From Bilabrum cf. latius (taxonomy: Eukaryota), in the NCBI GenBank assembly GCA_965178125.1, contig OZ237756.1, forward strand, positions 806,001 to 870,000: a stretch of DNA of 64,000 nucleotides, written 5' to 3'. Both the position numbers and the translations under genes were made by a program. Below the pieces are notes generated by a model. The model was not told the DNA's origin, made no database searches, and saw nothing but the letters and a program-made list of their open reading frames with translations. Below, one piece after another: positions 46,642 to 60,886 of this stretch (position 1 is its first letter; every line of letters begins with the position of its first letter).

Positions 46642-48764
46642 TCTCGGGTCCCAGACTTTGGCGGTTAAGCAGCATGAGCTTCCCTTCTGATGATGTATGG
46701 TACCAAGATTTGTGATTCTACCGGATTGTATGTTAGTCTTGCAATCTGCCGGTCCATGTCTTTGGATTGAAGGCACTCGTCAGGTTGTCATTTTTGGCCC
46801 GAAAAACCCGGGATTTTCAGTCGAAAGGTCAACTACAGCATCGATACAATACCAACAACATTTCTTATCAGCACATCATGGTATTTGTATGTATTTTCAT
46901 GCATACTCGAAGTAACTACTTGTGTTGCCCTGTATATCGGTCTACAGAGTGCCTCCAAAGACAAGCTGGATCGGGCCATTTTCCAAGACGCGGTCTATGG
47001 GATAATCATAGTCGAATGGGAACTCCACGGTTCATGATCAGACGAACATATGAATGAAATTTACGTTGGACTAATTCATACCGGAATCGATCCCCCTTCT
47101 TGGTGGTGGAGGCCCTGTGCAACTGTGGCCATCCCAGTGTGTATGCCCCTGACTGTATCCCTCTTGCGCATTTTCTCATTGAATCTTGAGTTCGCTGTAA
47201 TTTAATATACTATATCAATGCATAAGTCAAGGGCAGTAACCTATTTACACCAGATTGACTGACCTAGTAGGACGGCTGCCTGGACGACCAAGCTTCGTCT
47301 CGATGGCTCGAGTCGGGAAAGCCAGAATCAAAGAATAGATAAAGAAGTCAGCATTGTCGAATACACATACAATTATTATATCACCAGGGACATTGATTTT
47401 AAGAATTTACGATTATTTACGAAGCCACCGGCCTTGCTTTGCGAGCTGCGCTGAAGCCGTTGTTCCCGATTTATCCCTCCTATACTGGTTATATTCAATT
47501 GCAGTGAAGTCCAATTGGTATCCGACATATCAAAATGCTATTATGGTTCATATAGACCTGTTTCGTATTCCTTGGCTGGCCAGGATCCGTGGAGAGGCTC
47601 AAGTTGAGGTCTCATGGTGCAGCATCACGTTACGCGACCAGATTTCTTTCTGGGATATGAGAAGCCGAACACGGGCTTTTAACAAGTAATTGTGCCTATA
47701 TGACCCTCTGCGTCAGCTGGAAACTCTAAATTAAGGCGAGACCAAGCATACCAAGTTCACCACCCTGGATATCACCGATCCCAAGATCTGAGGATGTATA
47801 CAGTACATGTGAACAAATCCGCCTCACGCCGACACGTAATCAGTAATGGTATATGATTACAACCAGAGCCCCCGTTTTTTTCGAGCTGGGTCGACCAGCA
47901 TAGCGAATTTTAGCGGTTCGAGGTTGCAATCTTCAGGTTGCGTTTGCGCGATTGGGCGAGAGATTGGCTGGTTGGGCAGGCTACCGTATAAAATACATCA
48001 TACTAGTTATACAAACGTTATCAGATTATCGCCCCGATGAGAGATTACGGACCCCGATTAGGCTTTCTACTTGAGTGGTGATACAGACAAATGTTCCTTT
48101 TACTCCAGTAATTATGCGTTTAATACATATTAGTGGCGCTTAAACAGTCCATAATATGTATTTATTAAGGTTTAGCCAATAAGTAAATTCGTATCATTGA
48201 TGGTTAGAGGAGGAACACACCGATTGCAGTTCGGTACGTGTGCTGTTCACCACCGATCCTTGCATGAATTATATCTTGAATGGGATCCTACTTCAGGTTA
48301 ATGGTACAATTATGATCGATTGTATCCACATGTGGATTAACAATATTTGATTTGGACGCAGTGGTCCGAGATTGCAGGACCAAGTGTACGACGACTGCAA
48401 GCGCCCTGTGAATCAGGCCAACCACCGCAGAATTGATGTTTCTATGGGATCGCACAACATAAATGGATACAAATATACTGATTCTAAGATATGGACCATA
48501 TTTCTGTAGGTTCTGTCACACGCATTTACCTGATCTTCCCTGTTGGGATTTTGGGATTTTGGGATTTTCAGCGAAGCACAACCGGGAACGTTCCTTGAAG
48601 GCTGCCGCGTCAATATATGGCTCCGAATTAAAGCTCAATGGTTACAACCGGTACTCGAGGCCGTTTGCTTGAACTCAGAAAGTGCCTCTTGTTCGATTAC
48701 AGGGCTGGTTTATTGGTAAATTTAGCATTTTACTTTATTCACGTAATTAGTAGCTTGCTTTGGC

Positions 48765-51700
48765 ATGGATGCATTATCGGAAGATTATGAGGTACGCCTT
48801 CCGACCGGCCTTCGAACGTGCGCCGTCAAGGACTGCGACATGGGGGCAAACGGCAAGCAAACCAAAGCAGAGGTTGCACAGGGCGTGCTATCCGATTCTT
48901 TCAGGCTGGATCAATCCATAGAATCTTCTATGGATTCAACAGAGCGGAAGCGTGGGCGCTAGGATGCAGTCGAAGCAATGTTTGCGGAGGCAGCAGCAGG
49001 TTGCGGCAACAGCCTATCATCTGCAAAGGCAGCTGAGGATAGCGATAGTGACACTGAGCCGGAGATCACTATGCCAACACTCAGGATGACGACCCTTGCC
49101 AACCCAATGGGCTCGCACCCGAAATCGCGAGCCGCAAGCAGCCGCGATGACACCGACCGACGTGGCTCAGCCGCCCGACTGGACACCCTCTTGCCCCACC
49201 ACGCCGACGCTGACGGGACCGAGCACAGCTCTATCATAGGTGGTGGAACGACCACGCTCAACACCACGGTGAGGCACCCGATCGGAGCTCTCGTCGACCT
49301 CGAGGCTTCGTTGCCTATGGCACAGCAGCAGCACCACCATGCGATGCACCGCGAATCCGGGCAGACGCTGGCACCCATGCTAACGAGCAATCGTACTGAT
49401 CGTACTGATATATGTGACGAGTGTCCGGTTTATGACGAGTGCGATGCGTCGTGGGAGGACGACGACGACGAGGATGCGCATCCTGAAGGCAGGGGTGAGG
49501 GCGAGGGCGCGAGCCGGTTCGCGAGGAAGGGTCTGCACGAAGCCGAGCAGCATGGTCGCACCATTAGGCATGGCCTACTTGGTGTTCGGTCCGAAGGTTC
49601 GCTGGGTTTGGAGCAGCCTGGGCACGGCAGCTCGACTGCCCACTCCTCGTGTGATGCTGCAGGTCCGGGGCTTGACGCTGGGGAGCTCCGGCGGGTGCTG
49701 CAGGGCGATGCACCCAAAGTACCTTCCCGCTTGCGTCACCCCCTAGACGGAGGGAGCACCTGTTCCGGTTTTGAAGAGGCACCGTTTCACCCTCCCGAAT
49801 TAGGCGTCTATCACGGGGCCGTGGCAGCGGGAGGCCACGGTGGAGGACTCGGAGCCGCAAATTGTTCCCTGGGAAGCCCTCTAGCTCCCGTGCTGGAGGC
49901 CGATGGCGTCGGCGGTGCTGCCACTGGCGATGATGAGCACCCGGTCTCGGCAGGTTCCGCAGGATGCGCGGCGCCGTGGCAGGCCTCTGAGGGTGAGGGC
50001 CTGCCTTGGGCCGACGCGAGCCTAGAGCTGGGTCCTTTGCGTGACTGCCTGCCCGCGGATGCATCGCATTGCAGCGCAGGGAACGGCAGCAGCAGCAACG
50101 ACGTGACTCTCAGGCTTTCGTTGCCGCCGAGGCAGCCTGGGCAGCCGCTTGGCTTCGTGCCCGAAGAGGAAAACGAAGATGAAGAAGAGGAGGAGGAGGA
50201 CTCCTAGGACGGTTCCGGGGCAGGATCGGATCAGTCCAGCGGTGGATCCACAGGTCGCGAGAGCCGCGGCAGCAGCAGCAGAAGCAGCCACCGCCAGCAC
50301 CGCCACACAGAAGGGGGAACGGTGGCCCAACGCCAGGACCAGCACAACGCGTTGCTACCACCGCATGGAAACAGCACCATCACGGACATTGCAGCTGCAC
50401 CAACACCAGCAGCACAAGAAGCAGGCCGTGACCATTCCCATGGCAAGATCACATGCACAAGGTCTGCTGCACTGGCCCGAGGATTCGTCCTGCCAAAACC
50501 GAGGTTCGCAGACGATGCCAGGGAACAAATCGCACCCAGGGAACAAGGAAGCAACTTGTCGAGTCCTGCATCCGCAAGTACAGGACTACAGGCAGGGGCA
50601 TCAAGCGCCCAGACTAGTGCCATTCAGACAGACGAGCCAGTCTCAGGACCCGCTTCGACGAGCGCATCCTCTGCCCATGCCCGTGCAAGCACGCACGCAC
50701 GGATGTCAGAGAGACCTGCCAGCGCCGGGCCGAGATCGGCAGCTGCAGAGAGCAAGTCCACCCTCCGGGGACCGCCGCTCCGATCGAGTGAGGCACGGTA
50801 CCAGCGGAAGCAGCAGCGACAATCACCCCGGCCTGTGCAGGCTCCGATCGAACCGGCCCGCGAGGCATCATCATCATCCTCAGTCTCGGTCGCAGCCGCA
50901 GCCTCAGCTCCCGTCGCTAGATCGAAACAGGGGCGGAGGCTGCCCGTGGCGCGCGCACTGTTTGCGGAACCTGCAGTGGCTCCGCGCAGCAAGCCGAAGC
51001 CCCGCGGGCGTCGCGGTCGAAAACCGGCTGCCCGGACAGGCAACGGGAAGTCCGGAAATGCCAGGGGCGCCAGTACCGGTGTGACGAGTGCGAAGACCCG
51101 CCGCAGCGGAGCACCAACCGCAGCCCCCAACGCGCGGCCGTCAGCATCTTCTCAGCCCTTGACATCGAAGAAGACGAAACGTCGCAGCAGGTCGCGGCGC
51201 CGCGCTTCGAGACGAGCAGGTTCCGCTAGGCGCGGGCGATCATCTACGAAGGTGCCCGCCACTGGCACCGCCGCATCCTCCACGCATGCGGGTGCATCGC
51301 ACGGTGATGCGCCGCCCACGCCGCAGGAACGGGCCGAGACGGCAAGGCGCGCAGCGGCGAGGTCTCTCAGCCGGTCTCGATCCCGCGCTAGAGGACGGCC
51401 CGTCGATGGTAGCGCCAGCCTCAGTTCGAACCCCAGTGCTCGCATGGATGGGCTACACGGCGTTGCAATCGGTGGTGAGCAGGAGATGGTCGAGGAGGAG
51501 GAGGAAACCGGCCGCGACATGATGGAGGGCTTCGAGTTCGAGGAGGGCAGGTGCGGTGCCTACGAGCTCGTGCAGGACCAGAATGAAGATGAAGATGAAG
51601 ATGGGCATGAGGTTGGTGGGACGGGCCGTGTGAACTCGGCAGGAGAAGATGCTGTGCAGAGCGCAGAAGAAGAGGGCGAGGAGGGCCGGCCCGGCATGCT

Positions 51701-52487
51701 CAAAGCAGGCGAGCAGAACGATGGCGAGAGCGGGCACGCCGCCCCCGCTGCGCCGGAGCAAGTGCTCGGCAGCTGGTCGCAAGAAGAGCAGCGGGGGGAG
51801 GCCGCCCTAGAGGCCCTTCTCAGCGACGGGGCGCGGGACTTAGGTTCCGCAGGCGTGGGCGCCGCGAAGCTGGAACCCATGCCGCTCACCGACGAGGCCA
51901 AGCCGACGCAACCGCAGCGGCGCCGCGCAGCAGGTTCCGCAAAGAAGGCGGCAGCCGCGGCGCTGCGCGCTCGGGAGCGACGCGTGGCCCGGGCGAGGAA
52001 CGGAACCTACCGGGCGCCGCGCAGAAGCCGCGCGGGAGCGGTCCGGGCCGTGGGTCCCCTGGCCGCCGCCACCGACTACGGTCGCAGCCCGTCGTTGGCA
52101 CGCCGCCGCAGTGCGATGCATCATCCGGGACCGTCGCCTGACTCGATCGCAAAAGAGAAGGCCAGGGTCAGGGGAGGCAGAGCGAAGTCGTCGGCCCGTG
52201 GGACACGAGCAGGAGCAGGAGCAGGAGGAGCCATGGCGAGCTCGGGCGCGGCTGCAAGGCCAGGAAGCAAACAGAGGCGCGCAGGTTCCGCAAGGACGAG
52301 AGCAAGCCGCGCACAAAATGCTCGCTCGAGTGCCTCTCGAGTCGGCCAGAGGCACGACCTGGTCGTGACGAGAGTGCGAGCAGCGATGCTTCACGCCCGA
52401 GCAAGTGCCTTGCTCGCTTCACCCGTGCGCTCGCACCCGTTCCTGGGCACGCGCCGCACCACGCGCGGGAAAGTGCTGGCCATCTGA
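48765..52487 (+). CDS. Large low-complexity, probably disordered hypothetical protein (~1240 aa)
   Basis: Single frame from ATG 48765 to TGA 52487 with only two TAG interruptions. Confidence 0.7.
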
Positions 52488-52886
52488 GCTATGATGAGGG
52501 TCGTTCTTGAGCTCCTGGAGTTGGTGTTCCTTGCGCTCTATGCAGGCGTGCGGCTCTGACGACGCGAGCTCTGCTGCATCCGAATGCTCGTCCACGTGCC
52601 AGTGGGGACGGGCCTGGTGTCGCGGTACACGTGCGATCTACCAGCAGCAAAGTAATGTTCTACGAAATAATCAAATCTTCAGCCGCCATCCATGTGTATA
52701 CATCGCGGACAATCCAGCAACTACATGCCGACACCTGCACCGGCATGCTGCGAAAGTTGGTCGCAAACTTTGAAGGCTGCAACCGCAACGGATGGTTGCC
52801 AAGGCTAGCCTTCCCACACTCGCAAGGCCTCACCATTCACCGGATTGAATTAGATACAAACGATTTCCCTTGATTTTATATAAAGG

Positions 52887-55800
52887 ATGGCTGCGCAGGA
52901 TGGCAGTCGCGCATCTTCTGCGGCCGCTGGCGGGCAGCCCCAGAGCTGGGAGGCTCCCCAGCTGCACCTAAACGACGTTTCCACGTCGGATTCCGGCGTT
53001 AAGGTCCAAATCGACACCTTGGGTACTATTGACACGATTGAAGGTGGGAGTAATATGCCGTACTCGACCGATTAGCTCCATGATTAGCGTAGGGTTGCAT
53101 GGCAGGGCGACAGCGGGCCGAGGCTACCCGCAACTCGAACTCCAAGCGGCACGTCTCGACGACGAGTAGGCGCTGGATCCCACAGAAAATCAGGATCACA
53201 CATAGACATGAGAACGTCCTTGTCGCAATCGAGCCTTGCCTCCAATCCGCTGGCAAGGACGGTTGGCGGGAAGGGACGGAACAGAACAGCACACGGCAGC
53301 GACAGGTCTGTCGGGTCAGGCGGCGTAGGTAGGGGGTCTCGTCGAGGAACTCGGCGCGGCCCTCGTCTTAGTCCGCTCGAAGCAGCTCCCGTCCCGCAGA
53401 TGCTCGGTTGGGATTAGCTTGATCGCCTGGCTTCGCAGCTCGGCGTAACACCGATGGGAAAGGCTTCTCCAGACATTGAGGCGTCCACGCAGGGTGGAAT
53501 TAGTATGGGCCGGCCTGATACAGTCGGAATTTCGTCGGTGCCAGGCTCTGCGCCTGGTTCTGCGCGGGCAGCTGGAGCCAGCATGTACAGCGGTTCGGCG
53601 GCCCATCCAGGCGGATTGCCGAACGCGTCCCGTGATGTCGAGCTCAAGCTGCGCATTATGGTGAGATTCTTGTTGGTTTTATTATTGCGTGGTCTTCTCA
53701 CCTGTTTCTGATCCCCGTGCCCTTCGCTGCCAAGGTGCCGTTTCTAGACTGCGATGCGTTGATTGCGCTCGGTGTCAGCCGACGGGTTGTTCCGTGCGGC
53801 ATGGCGCTAATTTCGCTTGTATTTTCATTGTTTTGGTCTGCAACGTGCCTGCCAAGCCCTTTGATCCCGGGTACCCGCCCTTCGACGACGCACCATGGGT
53901 TCACGTTCTCAAAGTCCACCTGCACCACGCAGCTCGATGAGGAGCGGCAGCGCCTGCAGAGAAAGGAGGAGCACTGCGTGGAGCTGGAAAGATAGATGCG
54001 GTCGCTTTCGGATCGATTGTCGGCGGTGCACACCGACTTTGCTCGCTCCATGCGCGAGAAGGATCGCGAGCGCGAGCAGGAGATCGAGAACCTCGAGAAC
54101 CTCTTCTCCTCCAGGCTACAGTCCATGCAGCTAGATCCGGCCACTGGCGCAATGCGTGACCGGGGCAAGGGCCGCTCGGCCGGGAGCGAGGCCGAGGGCG
54201 AGGAGAGCAAGTCGCCGGGACGAGGCGAGAGCGAGTAGCCGCACGGCACCGCCGGGGTCACGGCAGCGGCCACGGAAGTGTTCCGCCGCCTGGAAGCGAT
54301 GGAAAAATAGCATGAAGACGCGCAGCGCGAGTGGGAAGCGGTCCGCGCCACGCTCAAGCGAGAACGGGACGAGGCCGTGGAAAACGCGAAAATGGAAGCG
54401 GCGCGCGGCCGCCAGGACAAGGACGACCTCGCGGCGTCGCTGCAGCAGCAGATCGATTCACTCAGGCAACAAATTTCAGATCTGAAAGCGGACGCCGAGC
54501 AGCACCGTGCGAGGGAGCAGGCGCTCCAGTCGCAGCTGGAGGGCTCCCAGCGTGACACGCAAAGGGCCCAGGAAGCCCTCCGTAAAGTCGAGGAACAGCT
54601 GCAGGACCAGATAAGAGACACCAAGGAAGCGAGGCAGGAAGCAGACCTGCAGCGCAGGAGGGTGAGAGCTGTCAGGGAAGCGGCCATCGACGGGAAGGAC
54701 GTGCTCGCCGCCGCCGACGCCGTGTCCTCCTCCTCCGATGGAGGCGGCGCCGCGCAATCCGGTTCCGCAATCCGACACCCCGCGGCGTCACCCTCCCCCG
54801 GGGAACACGACGCGGTGGTGCAGCTGCTCCGCACGAGGCAGGAGCTGCAGTCCTCCAGGGCCCAGCGCGACCGGGAGGAGTCCGAGCGGCGGGAGGCGCA
54901 GGCCGCCCTCGAATCGGCACGGGCGGAGCTGCGGCGGGTCATGGAGGAGTCCTCCCTGGAGGTTGCAACCGTGCGAAGGGAGAACGCCAGGGAGGTGCAC
55001 GCGCTCAACCAGAACATGGACGAGGCAAGGGAGGCCTACAGGGAGGAGCTAGGGCTGCTGCGGAAAAAGACCGCCAGCCTGCAGCACCAGGTGACGTCAG
55101 CGGCGAGCCAGGCAAGGGAAGCCGCGGAGCTGCGGGCCGCAGACGCGGAGAAACTCCGGCGGGTCACGGACCAGCTGGAGGCAGCGGGCAAGGACCAGAG
55201 GGACGCCCAGATGCGGCTTCAGACCGTCCTGAGGGCCGTGGCTAGAAGGCACGGGGTGTCGGAGAAGGAGGCAGAGGAGGGGCTTGCGACTGGTTCCCTG
55301 GCACCCGCCCAGGAAAAGGAGGGGGGCGGCGATGAGCACCAGAACGGCGGGGGCGAGGGCCCCTCGTCTACCGCCGCCGAGGGGGCTGCAGCGAAAGGTG
55401 CCTCGGGATCATCGAGGCGGTCCTCTTCCTCCTCCGCCTCTGCGGTCGGTGGCAACGCCGCTGACCTCCGGGAGGAGCTGGCGCTGGTCAGGCGACAGTG
55501 GGACGAGGAAGTGCACTGCAGGAAGAGGCTGGAGCAGGCCCTGAAAGACGCACACGCGGCGCTGCAGCAGGCCAGGACCGAAGGGGAGCAAGCGGTTGCA
55601 ACCTCCAGGGAACAGCACCAGGCCGAACTGGAGCAGGCCCAGGCGGAGCACACCAGGCTGAGGAACAAGCTGGACGAGGCGGGTGACGCCCACGACGAGG
55701 TCAAGGCCGAGGTGACGTACCTCCAAAAGCGGCTGGAGGAGGCAGAGAGCGAGTCCCAGGGGCTGCTGAGGAGGCACCGGGAGGATGAAGACAAGATCGC

Positions 55801-58198
55801 GTCGCTGGAGGCGGCCGAACGGACCCTTCGAGCGGCCCTGCAGGACGCCTCGGGTGAGGCCAGGAGGGCCCGGGGGGAGGCGGCTCAGACCAGGGAACAA
55901 CGGGAGCAGAGCCTCGAGGCCGTGACCAAGGCTGCCGAGGAGGAGCGGAGGAGCCACGTGGCACAGGTGGAGAGGCTCGAATCCGACAGGCTGCGGCTGA
56001 AGGCCGACCTTGCCCAGAGCAGAGCAGAGGTGGCCAAGCTGCACGACCACCACACGTCCTACGTCAGGTCGGCCAGCAAGCTAGAGGGGGCGAGGCGGGT
56101 GGCCAGGGTGCTGCAGGGGTGGGTGGCCTCTCGCCGCGCCAGTTCCCTCCGGGCCTGGCAGCAGCACGTGGAGCGGAAGATCGCGTGTGACGAGTGCAAG
56201 GAGGCGGGGCGCAGGGCCAGAGAGGCGGCCGCGCAGGAGAAGGAGGGGGAGATGCGGAGGGCGCTGGCAGAGCTCAAGGACCGGCTCTCGGGGGACTCGG
56301 AATCGAAACTCCGAGAGGCCAGGTAGGAGTCGCTGCGACGTGCACTGGAGAACGCGCGCATGGCGGAAGAGGAGGTTCGATCGGAGCGGATGAGGCAGGG
56401 CATGTGGGCCGAGGCACGGCTGCAGGCGTCGAGGGAGGCCCTCGCGGACAGCTGGAGGAAAGAGGCATAGTCCATGCGTGAGGCCTTCTAGGAGAGCAAT
56501 CGGGAGGAGCAGGAGCGCGCCAGGGAACAAGTCGAGGCCGCTCGCAGGGAGAAGGAGGAGGCCCTCGAGCAGTTCATGGAAGAGGCCAGGGAGGAGCAGG
56601 AGAGGCACCACAGGGACAAGCAGGAGGCGATCGAGGCGATCGAGGAGCAGAAGGAGAAGGAGAAGGAACAGGCCGTGGCGGAGGTCGTCCGCGAGATGCA
56701 GCAAGACACGGAGCGGGCTGCGGCCGCCGCCCTGGAAGCCAAGGAACAAGAGGCGGAGGAGAAGGTCGCTGAGCTCACCGCGGACTACGCCTCCAGGGTG
56801 GAGCGGCTCGAGAGGCACGAGAGGGAGTCCAGGGAGAGCCTCAGGAAGAAGCTGGAGGAGGAGCTGGAGGACATGGAGGCCGATCGTGACGAGTGGAGAG
56901 CGGCCGCGGAGAAGCACCAGGCACTGGCGCAGAACCTGGGCAAGGCAGCCGCGGTGCTCCGGGTGGCGCTGCTGTCCGCAGAGCTCCGATCCGGCGTGAG
57001 GAACAAGGACCTCAGGGAACAACTGGATCGGATCACGGGGCTGCACGGGCAGGAAAAGGCTCGTGCGGACGCTGCGGAGCGGAGGGTCAGCGAACTCGAG
57101 CGAACGTTCGTTGTGCGCGCGCGTCGCCTGGAGGACATGCGGGAGGGCATGCGAGACGCGCTCACCGAGAGCAAGAGGAAGCAGCTGATGGATTTCCGTG
57201 TGACGAGCGCGAAGCTGGCCCGGGCCGTGGCCGAATCGGAGGAGCGAGTACAGGAGCTGGAGGACGAGCGGAACATGCGGGAGGAGGAATTGCGCGGCGC
57301 CGAAGAGGCCGTCCGGGAGGCGGAGGCTGGCCTCCGGGAAGTCTCCGAGCAATCGAACGTGGGCTCGGACGGCAGGGTAGACATGGCCGTGGCCAGGCGC
57401 AAAAAGAACATGCACACGGCTCACCAGAGGGCCGTCAACCGGCTCTCGGAGACCAGGGCGCGCCTTCGGGCGATGCACGACGCGGTGGAGGCTGCGGAAC
57501 AGGAGCGCGGCGCCCGGGAGGAGGAGCTCAAGGCCGTGGAGCGGGACCTACTCGTCACACTGATGGAGCAGCAGAAGGGCCTGCTGGCCATCTTGAAGGC
57601 GCCGGGGGAGCCGGGCTTCGAGGTGGGGCGGTACGAGGGGGACGACGCTGTTCCCCAGGGAACAACGGGGGGTGGGGGAGGTCAAAGCGGCGCCATGAGC
57701 GCTCGGAGCCACGAGAGCACCAGCACGGGCGCGGGACCGGGTGCACTGCACGGTGGTTCGAGCACCGGCGGGTTTGCAGTCGCGACTGCGAGCGGGATTC
57801 AGAGCTTCGCCCCGCAGGGGACCCCGAGTGGGGAGGGGGGGGGTATCCCCGGGAGTCGCGGGGGGCATGGTGCTCCCGCGGCATCGGATGGATTCGGAAT
57901 CGCCCCGGATCACTCGTCACACCAGCAGCAGCCGTGGCAGGCCCCCTCCCTCGCCCTCGCGGGCCAGGGGGGGCATGGTGCCGCCTCCTAGGGTGCATCG
58001 CACGGTGGCATTCCGCGGGCCCCCAACTCTGCCCTGCCTCGCGCGGGCGGGCCGGCCTTCACGCCCCTAGTTGGGAGTGATGGTCGTGGCGGGCCCGCGG
58101 GCGCAGGCCAGCGACGGGACGGAGGAAGCGCCTCGATGCCGCCACGGGAGGTGCGGTTTTCGGCGCAGGGGGCGCGTGGGGGCAGCGGCATTGGCTGA
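52887..58198 (+). CDS. Large coiled-coil protein; one predicted intron (53661-53932)
   Basis: E/R/A/Q-rich heptads; track ORFs joined by TAG; GTGAG...CGCAG intron restores frame; TGA stop. Confidence 0.78.
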
Positions 58199-58418
58199 AT
58201 TGCCCCTGGTTTCTAATGGGTGTTCGTAGAGAGTGATTGCTTGCGATTCATGCACATATCTATCGATCAGCGAACCACCAATCGGCAATCGGATCCGGAT
58301 GTTTCGAGTTGCGCGTACTTTGAGCATCAATAATCACAATAATGGTATTCGGGCCAGCTGCAACATTGAATATCCGTCGCTGCACAGTATTTTTCTGGCT
58401 CGTGCACGGCACCGAATC

Positions 58419-60647
58419 ATGTACCGAAGGGTTTTGCAGAGAGTCGCAGGGCTGACATCCCGAAGATTTGGCTTTTCGAGGAGTAGTACGGTTGCTCGCT
58501 CGAGCTCGTCGACGAGCACATCCCTTGGATCCTCGGCACGATTGGCATAGAGTGCAACCTTGCAGGGGAATATAAATAGATCATATGATTCAGTTGCCTA
58601 CCATTCATGGACAAGATCCACCTCTGGACATTCGGGGCGAAGCGACGGCATTCGATCCATCTCATCAACGGCAAGTCAAGACGACTCAAAACAGCCGTCG
58701 AGCGAGCAAGCGGCTGCCCCCTCGGCCGCCGAAGCATCATCTTCATTCTGGGATACTTGGTTTACATCCAAGGGCGCGGAACTCCCGGAGGGAACCGAGA
58801 TAAACCGGTGGTCCATGGCAGTTCCAGCCACGCTCATCCATTTCTGCATCGGAGCCCCGTACGCCTGGAGCGCGATTTCCGGCCCTCTGACGAGAGAGCT
58901 GGGTGTTGTCACATCCGCGGTAGACGACTGGTCCCTGGCCGAGACCAGCCTCCCCATGAGTTTCGTGTTCGGCGTGATGGGCCTTTCTGCCGCAACGCTG
59001 GGCATGTTCCAGGCCAGGGTGGGGCCAAGGGCCACTTCGCTGATGGCGGCAGCATGCTACGGGGGCGGTTTCGGGCTGGCAGCCATGGGCGTGGCCATGC
59101 ATAGCCTTCCCGTCATGTACGCTGGGATCGGGGCGCTGGCTGGGCTGGGCCTGGGCGTGGGGTACACGCCCCCTGTGCAGGCCCTGATGCGCTGGATGCC
59201 CGATCGCAAGGGGGTGGCAAGCGGGCTGACGATCGCGGGGTTCGGCTCCGGGGCGCTGTTCTTCGCCCCCATGACGGGGTATCTCCTGGACACCTTCAAG
59301 GAGGCACCCACGGTGGTGGGCAAAGCGGCGGAGGTTGCAACCACCCAGGAGGGAGGGAAGCTCATGGCGAAGATAGCGGGGGGCAGGCTCGTGGAGGTGG
59401 TGGAAGCCACGGGGGAGGCAATCAACAACGCTGCAGCGGGTCTCGAACCCGCGACCAGCTACTTGGTGGAGGTGGGGTCGGGAAACACGGGAGCTGCCGC
59501 CACATTGGCCACCTTTGGGGCGCTGTACGCAGCGATCTTGGCCGGCAGTGCCGCCGCCATCCGCCTCCCGCCCCCCGGATACGTCCCGCCGGTTGCAACC
59601 GCAGACGCCTCTGTAGCAGCGGCAGCGGCGGGGACGAGCACCGGAGAAGCGGTCGCGAAATCGCCAGACGAGCCAGAGGGCGTGCCGCCCATGCCGGTCA
59701 AGGACCTGGGACCCAACGAGGTCATCAAGACCCCGGAGTTCCTGTTGCTTGCGACCACTTTCACGGCGGTGGCGGGAGGGGGCATGGCCCTGTTTGCCGT
59801 GGCCAAGCCGATGATGAATGACCTGATCAGCTCCGGAGGGGCCGCGCTCCTGGGCTCGATCCCCGCTGCGACGGCCAGCGTGGCTTACCTCCAGATGGTG
59901 TCGATGGGGAACCTGGGGGGTAGGCTCGGCTGGGCTGCTTTCTCGGACAAATTCGGTCGTGCCACTGTGTTCCGAGTGTTCACCTGGGGCTCGATCCCGC
60001 TGTTCCTCAGCGTGCCCCTTCTCTCGTCCTATGTGGCAGACCACAACTCCTTCGCGGCTCTGGCTGGTTTCGCTCTCAGCACAGCAGTGGCGGTATCAAT
60101 GATGGGGGGCACTTACGCCGTGCTGCCCGCCTACGAAGCGGACCTGTTTGGCACAAAGAACGTGGGTGCGAACCACGGTAGGATGCTCCTAGGATCCACG
60201 GCGGCGGCACTCGGCGGGCCCTCGCTGCTCCTTGCACTCCGGGGCATCTCTGAGCAGGCCGCCATTCAGGACCTGGTCAAAGCCATCGACCCGGCAAAGT
60301 TCCGGGACATCTTCGGGAAATCCCCGGAGGACCCGGAATCGATCTAGGCTCTGATCGAGTCGAAGTCTCTGACGATTCAGAGCGCCCTGGCAGCCGCGCC
60401 CCCAGGCACACCTGACCCGAGCTCCGGACTCTACGACAGCACCATGTACACGATGGCGGGGGTTCTATTCGCGGCGGCACTCGCTCACGAGGTTGTCGCC
60501 ATGCGTCAGAACAGGAGGCTAGCGGACTGGGAGGCCAAATGGAAGGCAAGCGGGGCGGTGGAGGCGGAGGGCAAGGCCAGGGAGGCTGCAGAGGACGGTG
60601 TGAGGGCGAGCGAGGTGGCGAGCGGCAGCGGGGGCAAGGATGCTTGA
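58419..60647 (+). CDS. MFS transporter, oxalate:formate antiporter (OFA/YhjX)-like, with an N-terminal presequence
   Basis: IHFCIGAPYAWS, WMPDRKGVASGLTIAGFGSGA, GNLGGRLGWAAFSDKFGR, LPAYEADLFG; two in-frame TAG. Confidence 0.88.
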
Positions 60648-60886
60648 TGGTTGGGTGGACATCGCGGGGTATCCTTAGGTGCGTATTTCTATATTATAAT
60701 CATAAAGGCTGCACTGATCCGATGTACTTAGTTTTGTGATTATTGGTTCAATGTGGAAATTTGGAAACAAAGCAAGCAAACCGCCGGTTGCAACCCAGTC
60801 ACTGGCAGGCAGCCTCAGGACTTGGGGGGCACTGGCGAAAGATCTACAGGATGACACGCGACTTCTTCTAAAGCTCAGAGCTGCCT

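Noticed and set aside
48543-48569. Telomere-like (GGGATTTT)x3
   Set aside because: Too short and internal to support an interstitial telomere call.
25309-60044. Many long overlapping or antisense ORFs in the GC-rich region (e.g. 26033-27238+, 53698-55017-, 56081-57478-, 58743-60044-)
   Set aside because: Expected from high GC content and repeats; they overlap better-supported genes and show no motifs.
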